A DNA stretch of 64,000 nt from Hyphochytrium catenoides (lineage: Eukaryota > Protista > Hyphochytriomycota), in NCBI GenBank assembly GCA_900088475.1, contig FLMG01001044.1, positions 1 to 64,000 of the forward strand, given 5' to 3'. The position numbers and the translations under genes were made by a program. This document shows positions 38,501-53,082 of the stretch, piece by piece. Positions within the stretch are counted from its first letter, which is position 1; the number at the start of each line of letters is the position of its first letter. A model generated the notes under the pieces. That model was not told the DNA's origin. It saw nothing but the letters and a program-made list of their open reading frames with translations, and did not search any database.

Positions 38501-41500
38501 CGGTCGTCACGATTGAAGGCACGAACTTATTCTTTTCCCCGTTATGGAGTTGTTTATTTGGCTCAATATCTGTAAGGGCTGTGTTTGACGGCCAGACGAG
38601 AGTCAAGTGCCTCTCTCCCTCTCACCCCGTTGGTCTAGTTAATCTCACGCTAGCACTGGGCTTGGTAGTAGTGCCCTCGTCGCATACTTTCCGCTTCCAA
38701 ATGCCCCCCACCATACACTCCATCTTCCCAACGCTTACTACGGTCAATCAGTCCATTCAAGTCTTAATCTCTGGATACTTTGGCGAGCAACTTGAAGACC
38801 TCGACTGTCGGTTTGGAGAGGAGGTGATCTCTGCGGTCTCTGCAATTAGTGAGAGTGAAACGCTGCGGTGCCAATCTCCTGTACACCTGCAACCTGGTCC
38901 GTATGCCGTCGGACTTGAATCACGGAGTTCCGGAGAAAGTTATAAATCGGCCTTCAAGTTCACTGTTATCCCAGGGTTCAAAGTGCTGACAGTTAAGGTG
39001 ACAGAAGGTGCATCTGGAGGGGCAAGGGTTATTATAAAGGGTGAGGGCTTCGTCGACGTACCCAGATTATCCTGCCAGATGCGTGATTATGTTGTGCTAG
39101 GTGAATTCATGTCTTCACAAGAGGTGTCTTGCATGTTCTCAACCATAGTGAGGGGAGCCTCGATAGGCTTATCCTTCAATGGACAAGACTTCGTCTCAGT
39201 CTACAATATCCCAAAAGTTAGTGAGCTATCCTTCAACACACTTTCGGTGCGGAAAGGGTATTTGAAGGGTGGTACGTTGCTTAACATTCGCGGTCGATTC
39301 CCAACCGCCGGGGAAAGGCTCTGGTGTCGTTTCGGCTCAAAGGATTCGCCAGCTTCTGTGCTCTCTTCCACTGAAGCACAATGCAGATCTCCACCGTCGT
39401 CGGACCTGGGGAATGTGTCTCTGACGATGCATGGGCATGGATCTGGTGGTAATTTCAAGTTGCATGGGGCTGCTCTTTATGAATATACCGAGGATTTGAA
39501 GATACGCTCTTACTCGCCAAGTGTAATTCACCCATCCCAGACGTCCAATCTGATTGTAGAGGTCGAAAACTTAGACAGTTCCAATGCCCTCTGCCGTTTT
39601 GGCAACCTGATAACGGTGGGTATGGTTAACGGAGTCAATGTCTCCTGCGCGGCGCCCAACAATGTGACCATTGGAAATGAGTACACCCTGGAGGTCTCTA
39701 TAGGTCATGAAGAGTTCGTGTATGTTGGCCGGGTCCAAGTGGTTCAAACACCGGTCATTACAGACGTCTCGCCCTTGATCCTCTCGACCGCTGGCGGGGT
39801 CGTAGTCATGTTGAAAGGGGTAGCGTTCAGGCAGTCAGCCGACCTGATCTGTCGCTTTAATAGTGAAGTGATCACTCCAGCGCTTTTCCTAGCAAGTGAT
39901 GCTGTAGAGTGTGCATCCCCGAAACTGCCCAATGGACAGACATCCATAGAGCTCTCGGTTAATGGAAAAGACTTTGTCTTGGCCCCGCAAATGCTTCGGA
40001 CGATCCAGCCGCCTCGCATTCTCTCCATGGAGCCTGACTCAGGTCTAGTAACTGGAGGTACGAGAGTGGAGTTCGTCTTAGGCTCCTTGACCGACGCGTC
40101 CCCTTCTTGGAAGTGCTTGTTTGGGATCATACCGGCTGCTGTGACGGTCATCGGCCCTCATAAGCTGCTCTGTGTGGCCCCTCCACAAGTAGAGAGTCAA
40201 GTAGAAGTTCGTCTGCAAGTACACGACCAACTTGAGGCTGAGGGACCGTCGCGTTACTTTACCTACTTTGTGGCGCCAGAGGTCAGAGGATTAGAGCCAT
40301 CACTCGGCAGCACTGCGGGTGGAACAAGGGTTACCATTATGGGGCAACATTTCCAGCTCAACCACTCTTACACCTGCCACTTTGGCAAAATATATGTGTC
40401 TGACGCCGTAGTTGTTTCTGGAGAAAAGATGGTTTGCAAAACACCGGCTTCGCCTAGGGGACTCTTACCTGTAGGAGTAAGCAGCAACAAGCACGATCTT
40501 CCAGAACAACCTTTACTATTCCGCTACGTTGCCCCCATGATTTGCCTAAGTTTCCACCCAATCCAAGGACCCGCAAAGGGTGGGACGTGGGTTACAGTCA
40601 ATGGACTGCATTATCCGAACTCTATCCACATAGGTTGCAAGTTTGGGGATATACAGGCCACCAGGACGATTTGGATGTCTCACACTTCCATACAATGTCT
40701 GTCTCCACCCTCAAACGCATCTAGCGTAACTATCTCTGTGACGGCGAATGGGGAGGATTACGAGCCCGTGAAGTTCTTCCGTTATTACTACAACCAAGGT
40801 GATCCAGTGCTTCATTCCATTTCTCCTGCCCATGGTAGGATTGAGGGAGGTACCCAGGTGTACGTCAGAGGAAAGAACTTCATGAGCGCACACACTCTCT
40901 CATGTCAATTTGGTAATATGCTGGCGCCGGCAGGGTTCTACAATAGTACAACGCTTCTCTGCCGGTCACCTCCGACCTCACGACCAATGCGATTGCGCTT
41001 TCAAGTCAAGATCGAGGAGCAGACGGCGGAGAGCTTATCTGAAATTATCTTTCAGTACGTACTGCCAGTGCGGGTAGATGCTGTACATCCAGATGTCCTT
41101 ACTATTGGCTCCATGCAATCGTTAGTCGTGACCGGCACGGGATTTCTAAACACCTCTTCTATAGTTTGCAGAATTGAAGGTCTCGGCATAGTGCCTGCAG
41201 AGTACATCACTTTCTCAAAGGTCCGCTGCAACAGCATAGCGATCCCTGCCAGAAGTACAATCTCCCAGCGATTGGAAGTTGCGGTATCCCTTAATGGTCA
41301 AGAATTTTCTCCTTCGACAGCAACCATACGGGTGCAACGACACCTTCCTGGCATCACAGACATAACCCCATCTATAGGACCGAGCACGGGAGGTACGATC
41401 CTCACCGTAAGTGGCTACGGCTTTCTTGACCGCCACCGAAGTCGTTGTCACTTCGGTAATGTTTCTGTGGAATCCCTGTATATTTCACCCAGTGAAATGC

Positions 41501-44500
41501 TATGTCCAGCCCCCGAGCTACGCCCCGGAGCTTATCCCATTGCCTTCAGCTACGCAGAAGCTGATATCGGTGATGAGATTACCATGCAATCCCCACTACA
41601 ATACAATGTCTACGGTATAGTTCGAGTAGTAGGGCTATCCCCGCTGTCAGGGTCAGAGAGGGGTGGTACTACGGTAACTATAAAGCTCCACGGTGAGGTG
41701 TCAGGTTCGCTAAGACCCTTTTGCCGCTTTGGAGAGGTTACGGTATCAGCTTCTCTAATAGGGCAAAGCCTACATTGCACCTCACCGCCATACAACCCTG
41801 GCGTGGCATCACTAGCCTTTTCCTTCAATGGGGCAGATTTCCATGAGGTACCTGCAAATTTCACGTATACTAAGGTGATGGATGTTAAGGCCCTGAATCC
41901 ATCCCACGGGCCTATCAAAGGTGGGACTCCAGTGACCATAACCGGTTCTAATTTCCTGCCCAACGCTACCTGCCGCTTCGGCCCAATGCCCGCTAAGAGA
42001 TCCACCTACATGAATAGCTCCCACCTAATCTGCATTACTCCAGCTGTGGAAAATCCGGGTACCAGGCTCTTGTCGATAAGCACCAATGGACTGGAATATA
42101 TCAGCTTCCGTCCATACCACTATAGAGAAGAGCCGACCATCTCTGGACTGGCTCCCGCTGTCATAATGTCAGGACCGTATGCAGAGGTCTCTATCACCGG
42201 CGTGAACCTTGGAGTTTCTGAGGTTTCGTGCCGATTTAACTCAACAATGGTTGCAAAGGGCCGCCGTCAATCGCCCGTGATGATCAGCTGTAGCCTCCCT
42301 GATGTTCCAGAAGGGCCTCTGGAGGTTGAATTGTCCACTAACGGGATCGACTATGTTCGAGCCCCTGAGCCTTTGAGGGTCCTCCGGGCGTTGCAGCTTT
42401 CACAAGCAGGACCCCTAGCTGGTCCAATAAAGGGCGGAACTATGATTACTCTATTGGGCACTGGTTTTAGCCGCTTTGGACGATTGCAATGTAAATTCGA
42501 CCTGGTTGTAGTCTCGGGTATTATTGTGTCCGCCACTGAAGGGAGATGCCCCAGCCCACGAGGAGCTGTCGGCAAAGTACCGCTTGCGATATCCATCGAC
42601 GGTGTGACGTTTGCCTCGTCTGGGTTTGAATTCGAATATACTCCAGATCCAAGAGTGCGCGTGCTAAGTCCAACGCATGGCGCTGTAGAATCCAATACCA
42701 CTTTGACTCTTATCGGCGACGATCTCTCGATAAGGGGCTCAGCCTGGTGCAAAATGGGCAACTCAATTGCGCCAGCGAAAGCTCTAAATAATTCAAGCAT
42801 TCAGTGCAGCTCACCGAAGGGACTTAGTCCTGAAATGGTGGAACTAGAGCTTTCAGTGAACGGACAAAACTTCGTACGTTCAGGATTCTTTTTCCGCTAC
42901 TACCAAACTCCTTCCGTCCGCTCAATTGAGCCCTCACTGGGTAGCACACAAGGAGGTACCATAGTGACGGTTTCCGGTGCGGATTTTCCAAACGTGCTGC
43001 CTGTAACGTGCCGCTTTGGGCAAGTGGAGGTCGTGGGCTACTGGATTTCCGAGGTTCGTGTCACATGCCCGGTGCCACAGCTACGGCCCGGCGCTGTGTC
43101 TGTAGGCCTCAGTTTCAATGGTCAACAAACTTATGGCTCACTGAGCTTCCGCGTTCACGAGGTGGTAAGAGTTCGTACCGTAGCACCACTTACAGGCTGG
43201 AACATAGGTGGCAAGGAGCTGGTACTTCTAGGTCATTTTCCTTTCTCGTTTGCCCTATCCTGCAGACTCGGTGGCAACGATGTGGATGCCGTTTATATCA
43301 ACAGTAGTTGCATCAAATGTATAACTCCACCCAACGCGCCTGGAAGGTACGCGGTCGAAGTATCGGCAAATGGAAAGGACTACGTTCCCACCGGCTCTTA
43401 TTTCCAATACGCCATGAAACCTCGGATCGAGACTGTTCAGCCCTCCGTTTTGGTCCGTGGCGTTTCTCACTCGCTTCTCATTAATGGAACACACCTTGAG
43501 GACACACTAGTATGTCATTTTCGTGCTGGTGATTATCTGATAGCCGTGACAAATGTGGAGATGCAATCTACCGGACAAGTGACGTGCCCCAGTCCAAAGA
43601 TTGGACCTGATGATGGCATGAAGGATCTTGAGTTGCGCTTGATGGATACTGCCGCGAGTGATGGTTCGAACACAATCTCTCTTAAGGTCACCTCTCAACC
43701 TTACCTTTCCTATGTGGAGCCTGACCGCGGGCCCGATACGGGCGGTACCCTGGTCAAGTTGCGCGGTTACAATTTCCCAAACACTCCATCGCTACGATGC
43801 AGATTTGGCCATGTCCTTAGCCCTCAAGCTATATTTGTTGATGACAACACCATTACCTGCATAACTCCCAAAGGACAGGCAGGTCAAGTCGCTGTAGCCC
43901 TTCTAGATGAAACGACTTCAATGTCATTGGTCTCGCAAAGCGTTACATTCGCTTATCAGGTGGAAGTCACGGTGACCGATCTCTGGCCAGGAAAGGGTTC
44001 GGTCAAAGGTGGAACATTGGTTTATTTGGCGGTAGAGCGTGTAGAGATGTCCGTATTCACCTCTTGCCGATTTGGGAAGGTTATTGGTCCTGCATCTCTT
44101 GTGTCGCTCGGAGTCATCTCATGCGTGGCTCCCAGAGCTGACTCAGCGCAAGTGATCCAAGTTGCAGTGAGCAATAATGGTAAAGACTTTTCTGCAACAA
44201 GCAAGCCCTTCCAATATGTAGAGCAACCGGCAGTGGATGGTATCGAGCCGCAAGAAGGTCCCATCACAGGTGGAACTTTGATAACCGTTAGAGGAGGGCC
44301 ATTTGAGAATGACTCTATTTGCCAAATTGGAGAAACACGAATGGAACCAATCATCAAGAACGAGTCTGTTGTCATCTGTCGGACGGCCAAGGTGGAGACA
44401 GTTGGGTCACAAGCAGTGACTATCAGCTCTGTTACCACTGGGGTTGCCTACTCTACCTCATATTTCAGATTTCTACCCCCAGTTCGAGTAATCAGGGTAT

Positions 44501-47500
44501 CGCCCACCTTTTCGTATGAGACCGGCGGAGGAATAGTGACCGTATCGGGTTATAACTTTCTGGAGAGTAAGGAACTACAGTGTAGGTTTGGAACGATGAG
44601 CGTTGTTGCTCTGCGCTTGTCCCAAGGTGAAGCTCTCTGTCGAGTGCCTCCTAGCAAGAGGACAAACACAACTTTCAGTCTTTGGATGAACCCATCTACC
44701 CCTGGAACGGATCTAATCCCTTTCTCGTATCTTCCTACGCCGACCGTAGATTCGGTCAAAGCCTTGGACACGAAAAGTCCAACAGGGGGTCTTCCAGTGG
44801 TCATCCAGGGTCGCGGCTTCGATAGAACGATCCAAAGTTGCACCTTCAATCACATCGTGGTAGCAGTCCATCTAGTTTCACCGACCGAGATCGTCTGCCA
44901 AATACCGTCGGTGATGAAGGGTCTTCTAAGCGTGGGACTGAAGGGAGAGGCTTTGGAACTAGATCTTGGAGTACATTCACTTCAGGGCGAGATGCGTACT
45001 GCAGGAAGAGTGTTACAGGAGCAAGAAGCGGTTCCCAAGCTCCTGGAAGTCCAGCCATCCACTGCCCACAGCGCGGGTGGAAGTGAGCTTAGAGTGAAAG
45101 GCGAGGATTTCGCAAATCTGGTAACTCTAGCCTGTAGGTTTGGCCAGACAGAAGTGCCAGGAGCGTGGATTTCGGCTTCTGAAATTCGCTGCGTAGTCCC
45201 GCGGATGGAGCCCGCTATAGTACGTCTTGAGGTTGCAAATGACGGTGAAACTTTCAGTGCAAGCGGCTTATTAGTCACTATAATCCCAGACCTTACCGTC
45301 ACCTCAATTGAGCCTCTCCAGGGCCCCCTGGCTGGTGGAACTCTGGTCATGATTAGAGGGGTTAGCTTCACGCCAGGAGACACCTACAGCGTAACCTTCG
45401 GCACAACCGTGGTATCGAGTGTCACGATTGTGTCTTCTCAGGCACTTCAAGTGCTCTCACCTCCACGATACGAGGGCCCAGGATCTGTACCCATCCAAAT
45501 AGCGAAGAACAACCAAAGCTACACAGAGCAACGAGTGTACTTTAGGTATGTAGAAACGCCCATCCTTTTAGGATCATCCCCAGATTGGAAAGGATCTGCG
45601 GGAGACACATCTGTGGTAGTCTTTGGCAGACACTTTCTGATGAATGAGGCCTACTCATGCCGATTTGATGACCAGATTCTTCCAGCGCAAGTTGTTTCCT
45701 CTGAAATACTTCATTGTATTGCTCCTCCTGGGAACCCTGGTCGTGTGGATCTATCCCTTATGGCGTCAGGACAAGATGTAGCTCTTCCCATCTCCTTCAC
45801 TTACCGGAGCTTAACGATGGTCAAAGGGATCTTCCCTACGCTGGGGTTCAGCTTAACAGGAAGGTCTAGCATTACGGTCATCGGTTCAGATTTTCCTAAA
45901 TCAACGGACATTCAGTGCAAGTTTGGCAAAAAGACTGTCCCAGCGGTATATCTCGACAGCAGCAGTCTCGCGTGCCGCCCTCCTATTCATCGGCCAGACC
46001 TGGTCACATTCAGCGTAATTGCAGATGGGGTTCAGGTGTTAGGTGACGAGCTTCGATACCTGTATTTGGAGGATCCTTCCGTGTTCTCTGTGACACCATA
46101 TGCTGGATCCAGCCGAGGAGGCCTGCCTGTGTATGTTAAAGGAGCCAACTTTGTGAACGTCACTTCCTTAGGCTGCAGGTTTGGGACCGTCCAAACTCGA
46201 GGTCTCTTCATTTCTCCAACTTTGTTGATGTGCCTCTCGCCTTCCATGGTTAGCGGAGGGCTACAAGTGGCTGGTAAAGTATCAGTAGAGGTAACCTTGA
46301 ATGGGCTGGACTACACGGAGGCTGGAGTTCAGTTCGAGTACATGCAGCATCCAAGTCATGGGGCCTTTCTCAAAGGGGCGACCTTCCAGGCTTGTCCAAA
46401 CGGCACGGCTTGTAGCTTGCAGAGCAACAATTTCACTCTGTGCGGTGTCGGCCACTTCCAGCCCCGAACTGGTCAGGGGACATGTTTGCAATGCCCAGTA
46501 GGCTTCTATTGCCCAGATGTGGGAATGTCCAAGCCCGTTGCTTGCCCTGCAGGCAGGATTTGTGACACGCTGGGCTTGGGAGTCCCCTTAAAAGCATGCC
46601 CCAAAGGCCACTACTGCTACCCCGGAACAAAGGCGATAGCGCCTTCTGCCCTGAACTTTACCAGCGGTTTCCTTCAGGATAGGGGCGACGGTACCATTCG
46701 TTTTTATCCCAACCTGCCCGAGGTGGCTGCACGGTGGCAGGTAATTCCACGTATGGCTCCTGAGCATCATGAATATCAGGTCGAGCACATCCCTCATGAA
46801 CCTCCACTGGCAGAGACACCTTTTGTTTGCCCTAAAGGGACCTACTGTAGGCCTGGTACTACTACACCAGTAAGCTCACCGAAGAACTTCAGCACTCCAC
46901 AGAAGTGCTTCGATGGCTTCTTCTGCCCGCAAGGATCGAGCACACCAGAAGGATCTGGTCCTTGCCCAACAGGTTATTTTTGTCCGGAGTATGACCGAGC
47001 GGTAAGGTGTCCTAAAGGGCATTTCTGTCCAGGAGTGGGTAATCTCAAACCCCGACAGTGCCTTCCTGGCAGCTTCAACCCACTGGAAACTCAGTCCAAA
47101 TGCGAGCTTTGTCCCCTAGGTCATATTTGTCCCGGTTGGGGAAGAGAGTTACCAGAAACTTGCCCCGCGGGTTTCGTGTGTGCATCACTGGGCCTTTCGG
47201 TGCCAGTTGTAGAGTGTCCGCCAGGGTTCTATTGCGAGGAAGGCACAATGACGATGGATCCCTCCGATACCATCCAAAAGAAGCCTAAGCCCTGTAAACC
47301 TGGAACCTTCTGTTTAGGAGGTGTGGCGCATGACACGACTATTGAGTGGGTACCTAATACTCCCTCGGGTTCTACTGCACCTCAGCCTTGCATAGAGGGC
47401 ATGTTCTGCGCAGCGGGTACGGTGTCCCCACAGCCAACTAATGCATGCTATCCGGGTCACTACTGCCCTCCAAACACAGAGTACCCCATAGAAACACCTC

Positions 47501-50500
47501 TGGGCTCGTTCAGTGGGACTCACGGATCGGTTGTGTCAACCCTGTGCTTTCCGGGGACTTACGCCTCACTGACTGGTATGGTGGCATGTGACCTCTGCCC
47601 AGCAGGCTTTTCTTGCAACGGATACGGCATTTATGAGCCAAGTGTGTGCCCTGCTGGAACATACCGCTCCATGGCAGATTCGCTGTCCTGTGTTCCGTGT
47701 CCCCTTGGCACTTGGTCCCGAGAAACGGGATTGACGGATATTTCCCAGTGTGAGCCTTGCCTTCCTGGCCGCATCTGTGCTACGAAAAAGTTAACCAATT
47801 TAGAGGACTCTTCGCCATGCCCTGCTGGCTATGTCTGCGGCGAAGGAACGGACAGCTCTGGACAGTTTGAGCATCCTTGTCCGGCCGGCTACTTTTGCTA
47901 TGCTCAGAGTACCAATCAAGATATTCTATCGCAGCCCTGTCCTGCTGGATTTTATTGTGAGAGAGGTACGGAAGGCGACCAGTATAAGAAGAATAAGTGT
48001 GGGAACAACTACTTTTGCCCTGTGGGCTCTAGTGTCGGAGAAAGTCCAGAAACAGCTTGTCCCAATGGCACTACATCGGACTTGGGGTCTGCTTCTTTGA
48101 GCAGCTGCGAAATCAAGGTAGTGCCCGTGTGTAGCAAGAGCCCCTTGAAAAGTTACTACCCAAAGTTCTCGTACACTATCAACAACCGGACCATCAGCTT
48201 CGACTCCACGCTACAGACAGGTTACACAGGGGAGGTAGAAGTGGTGAAGAAGATCATGCCTGTCAATGTTACCAGATCGAGTCCGCTATGGCAAAACGAC
48301 ACTGCTGACGTGTTGGATATCTGTCCTCGAGAAGGCAGGGGAGGAGGAAAGACAAACATCACTGTCATCGGCAAACATTTTGCTGACAGTCCATCGCTTA
48401 CCTGTCACTATATCAGTGAGAAGAGTAAGACTGTGCACGTCAAAAGCGGCGTATACAATTCATCCACTCGAGTCATTTGCCCCTCTCCAGATGGAAGCGT
48501 GGGAGACACTTACACAGTTCATATATCAAACTACGGCCGCCGGGAAAGCACTGCGTTCAGCACCTTTCTGATCCTGGATGACACTAATGAAGCTGTGAAT
48601 CCTACCTGCTTAGAACGACGTTGGGAGGAAGAGCCCACAGACTTTGACACAGGATGGTACCTAATGAGAGGCATGTCGGAGGCACGCCTCCAGTTTGACT
48701 TTAGCCACATTCCGCCGAATATCATTTACGGTCAGCATTTCATGTTGGCGCTCTATGTGACACCAAGCATTTGCGAGGAGCAGGTATGCTCTGCTTCGAA
48801 GGACAAGATCACTACTAGAATGCAGCCATGTCAGCGTCCGATCGACTTAAGTCCATGGTTCAACTCTCCAACTGTAGACAAGCACTCGGTCTTCAATATC
48901 TCCATCCTGGCCCTGGAAGATTTGCTTCTGAAGGTGGAAGTACAGATTCTTTTCGGGAAGTACCTACCACTGGAGCCTTACTTCTATAATACGGGCACGG
49001 TAATTATAACACATCCTGAAAGGGCCTATGTTTCTATGGGAACCCAGCCAGAGATGAGACCTCTCTCTCCTCTCGTGTCGCAAGAGGAGCTAGAAGTGCC
49101 CCAAGACTACTTCTTCGTAGCGTTTTTCAATCGCTTGGCGCTTCAGTACGTCACTCAGCCATACAACCTACCTCCAAAGTTTGCTAAGCTAGAAAAAGGG
49201 AGAGTGTTGGTCCGTTACGGTGCTGATGAGACAGAGGACACTGTCATTGATCCTTCTCCTACCGTTAAGGATCAAACGACCTACTGGAGCGCCCCAGGCG
49301 TGACAGGTGAAGACACAATCAATATGATCGACACATACAGAGAGACCTTCATGCAGTTGAAGGGGACTGACTACAATCTTCAGACACTGACTCTTCCATA
49401 TCTCCCCTTCATAAGCAACTGCAAGGGCTATGACAGCTTTATTCCACTTTTTTCTATTATGGAGAGTGAGAAGTGCAGCCTTCCCGAAGAGTCTCTCAGC
49501 TATCCAGGAGACTGGCAGAGGCGTCGGTATTCGGCACTTCCCCATTTGGATGACGTATATGTTGTCGGACCTCTTCAAGTACTGCAGGAGCCCATCTCTG
49601 ACTGGTGTGAGGTGAAGATATCCTGTGCCTATGAAGAAGAGCTGAAACAGAAGGAGACCGAACCGAGGTGGTTCGAAGCTGAGCAAGATGCAATTCTTTT
49701 TGAGATACTCAACTTCCCCATTACCATGAGTCAATACGTCAGTGGTGGGGACCTTAGGGAGCAGGTTATCAAAGAGTATGGTCGGGATAACCTCATTCCT
49801 GTCAGAGTGGACCGAAACGCTGCGCTGGAGGTGGACGGAGGCTGCTCAACTGGCTGCTTTCCTCGTTCGGTCAAGCTTTCAGTGACCTACTATCAGATTA
49901 CCGCGCGCACCAAGCGCATTATAAGTGCGAGTCTGGTGCTCAGCAAGTTTGACAAGAACATGCAGGACCGAAACTATGAGTTCGATGTTGACCTGCAGCC
50001 CTTGCCATGGATCGAGCTTGTGGTGAAGTTTGCCTTCGATCAGTATGTCTTCATCATCCTCTTCACCGTGATGGGAGGCTTTGCGGTGGTGATAGCGGGA
50101 ATCTTTTGGGCGTTGACAAGGTTGGTTTATCTCCTATTGGCCTCCCATTAGGCATTCTATCTGCCCTTCTCTTCATTTACCTGTCGCTAACTGTACCGAT
50201 TAACACAAAGGTTGATTTGATTACTACTAGCCACCCATTACACATTCTGTCCTCCCCTTCTTTCCGGATACCTGTCGCTGATTGTACCGACTGACACCTA
50301 TCTCGCCTCCACTCAGGTTGACTACGCGATTGCAGTCACCTCCTCGCTTTCGGTTGTACTCTTACATAATGTTGGTAGCCCCGCCTTGCTTCTCAGGCGT
50401 CGTTCTTGCCCTGATCCCAATATCTATTGAGCTTTTTCTCCTATGGGCTTTCATCAACATGGACCGCGCCGCGGCTCTAATTGGTCTCTCCTTCGACACA

Positions 50501-52873
50501 TCTCTCTCCTCCCTTCGGCACCGGTATACTCTCTCTTCCCCAGATACCGAGAACGTAGATAGTATCGTAAGAGGTAGAACAGGGATGGCGTTCATATTTT
50601 TCTCTCTCTACATGATGGTCATGAGCGCGAAGCTATACATTCTCAAGCCTGTGTCCATCGAGGAAAAAGAAGCTGAAGAAGAGGGCGAAGAGAGGGACGA
50701 GGAGCTGTGGCAGCCAACTGCGTGGAAGAGAATGCACTTCGTTTTGGTATCTCTCGGTGTAGCCCTCTACATGGTCCTCTATCTTGAGTTCTCCTTCTGG
50801 AGTCAATTTCCAGACCATATCTGGTTGATCTTGGTTGCTTCAAAAGTGGTTTTCAAAGTCTATGAAAGCGTAACGGGGGCGCTGATGAAAGAAGATCTAT
50901 TCACAACGGCCCTGAAAAGTGCTCACGCTATCACCTTTGAGGTGATGACCATGGCAGCCAACGACTTTTTAGATTTCATCCTTACTTTCTACGTAGTCCT
51001 AGGCTTCACAATCCTTGAGAGAGTTTTCGCCGACCCAGCGATTGACGATGCCACGGACTACGCTCAGAAAATATTCAAAAAGGCGGCAGCGAAGGTAAAA
51101 GCGTTTGTTGCAAAGTTGAGGAAGAGGAAGTCAGGAATCAGAGAGAAAGCAAAGGAAAAGAAAGAAGCTGCCAAGAAAGGCGAGAATAAGTCAAAAGCAG
51201 GAGGAACAGATGAAAAAGAGACTGACGAAGAAGAGGAAGATGACAAAGAGGGAGAGACTGTGGAACCCATTCTCGATTCCCTCAACGGTTACGCTGCGGA
51301 CGCTCTAGCTTCCATTTACGTGCCATTTCTCTTCGCCATTGTCATCTGGTTCGACAATGAGACGCAGTTTACCGAGCTGTATAACATCAGAGATCAGGAT
51401 ATGATTTACTATCTATTGTTTGGAGTGATCATCATCCCGTTCCAATACGTTGTTGATGTCCTCATTCACAACGGAGGAGAACTCTTCCATGGTTGGAAGG
51501 TGTACGACTATCTCGTCTACGCTCGTTATCGCTACCTTCAACGAGAGACGCGGTGGAAAGGCTTTGAGGATACTCAAGATGAATGCATAGAGGAGGGACT
51601 TCGGTCGCTTGACCAGATGTGCTTCTCTTCTCAGATGTATGCAATGTGCACCGTCCATACGACAGCCATTGTCTTCTTTACCCTTGGTATCGACATCATC
51701 ATCCGATCGGACTACATACTCTTCGCCGATCCTGCTCTCCTCATAATTCTTCCTTATGTCTACGTGTCCTGTACGGTGGTCAAGCAACTAGTCATAGTCC
51801 TAGGCATTGTCCTACCTATCTGGAGGATCAAGCATCAAAAGACCGCGTGGCTCCAGGGAGAAGAAGAGGAGGAGTTGGGCCTTCCAACATTTGATGAACT
51901 GGAACAATTGAAAGGAGCTAGTCACGAGGAGTTCCTTATGAACCAGCGCCTAACCTCTGAAACGTTTAGGCACAAATTCCTTAATTATAACCGGGCATGG
52001 CTAGTTTCACAGCTTCCCAACATCTTGACGCCTCGCACTCTACGCCGAGGCCGGCCATACCTCATTCAACAGCTATCCAAGATCCTGGGGTCTGTTAACC
52101 CAGACATCTCCGATGACTCAGAGGATGAGGGCATGAAGTTTGGTGCCGTGGCTCTGTCAGCTCCTGCTCGTATTATGATTAGGCTCTGGCTGGCTAAGGC
52201 AAGGCGTCGGCGGCGTCTGATTGTCGCTGTGCAGCCAATTATAGCAGCCGCGCGGAAGGTGGAATGTGAGATTTGTCTCAGTCGAAAGCAGCTGCAAGTG
52301 GAGCTTGTGACGCCTTTAGAAGAGTTAGGGGATAAGTTTGAACAGCAGTTTCCCTCTGAGGAGTTTGATCAGGTTGCATGGAAGCAATTTTTTCAGAAGC
52401 ATGCCCGGATGCGAACCATATGTCTCACCTGTTCTGGCGTAGAAAAGACCAGAGAACAAACTGAAGTTGGGGCTGGCGGAGGCCGAGCAAGGCGCTCGGT
52501 TGGCAACGCAATGCCATCTGCCTATCAGCCACAATTTCCTCCAGTCTATCTCAACCCGACCTCGAAGCTCATCATGCTCTCCTGGTACCGCAAAGCTCAA
52601 AGCCGGGTCTTCGGCGTCTTTGGCAAGAAGCGGGCCCAGGTCAACGTTAGCGATGACTCTGAAGACGACGATGCAATCAACCAGTTTGAGTGGGCTAAGA
52701 GACCTCTTAATCTCAATCCAGCATCAGTGGCTATTGCCAAAAAATGGCTAGGAACTGCCCGACAGTTGACTAACCAGAAAGAAGTAAGAGCGAGCGAGGC
52801 ATCTTTACAGCTGCCCAAGCAGCAGAGGAAGAAGCCTCCTAGCAAAGGGGGAAGCAAATTAAAGAAGAAGTAG
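26557..52873 (+). CDS. Giant multipass membrane protein (~8,600 aa): cadherin/Ig-like domains, ~55-60 IPT/TIG repeats, GCC2/GCC3-like Cys-rich repeats, C-terminal multi-TM region; 5' end not located
   Basis: ORFs 26588, 27258, 29113, 29493, 30220 and 50282 join through short GT-AG introns (e.g. 29101-29161, 30088-30160, 50121-50316, the last giving ALTR|LTTRLQSPPRF). Motifs: VNDPP/VNDAP, repeated PxxGxxxGGTxVxVxGxxF...C.FG...C.SP, CPxGxYCP repeats, and hydrophobic helices. Confidence 0.9.
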
Positions 52874-53082
52874 CTTTACCAGTAGGTTCTAACAGAAGTC
52901 TTCTCCCTAGATCGTTATATGTTTGCCATGGACGTCCATATTACCCTATGACACTGATCATTCCTTATCTATAAATTTAAGCCATCCTCTGTCAATCCAC
53001 AGTGTCCTGTCTCTTCCAAACTTTGCAAAGCCTAGCATGGACCACTTCCGCCACACACGGATACGTAACTAGTCTTGCATTA

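Noticed and set aside
30244-52857. Numerous antisense or alternative-frame ORFs within the giant gene
   Set aside because: Expected shadow ORFs with no independent features.
26588-52873. Six separate genes, as listed in the ORF track
   Set aside because: The gaps are short GT-AG introns, the junctions checked are phase-compatible, and domains continue across them.
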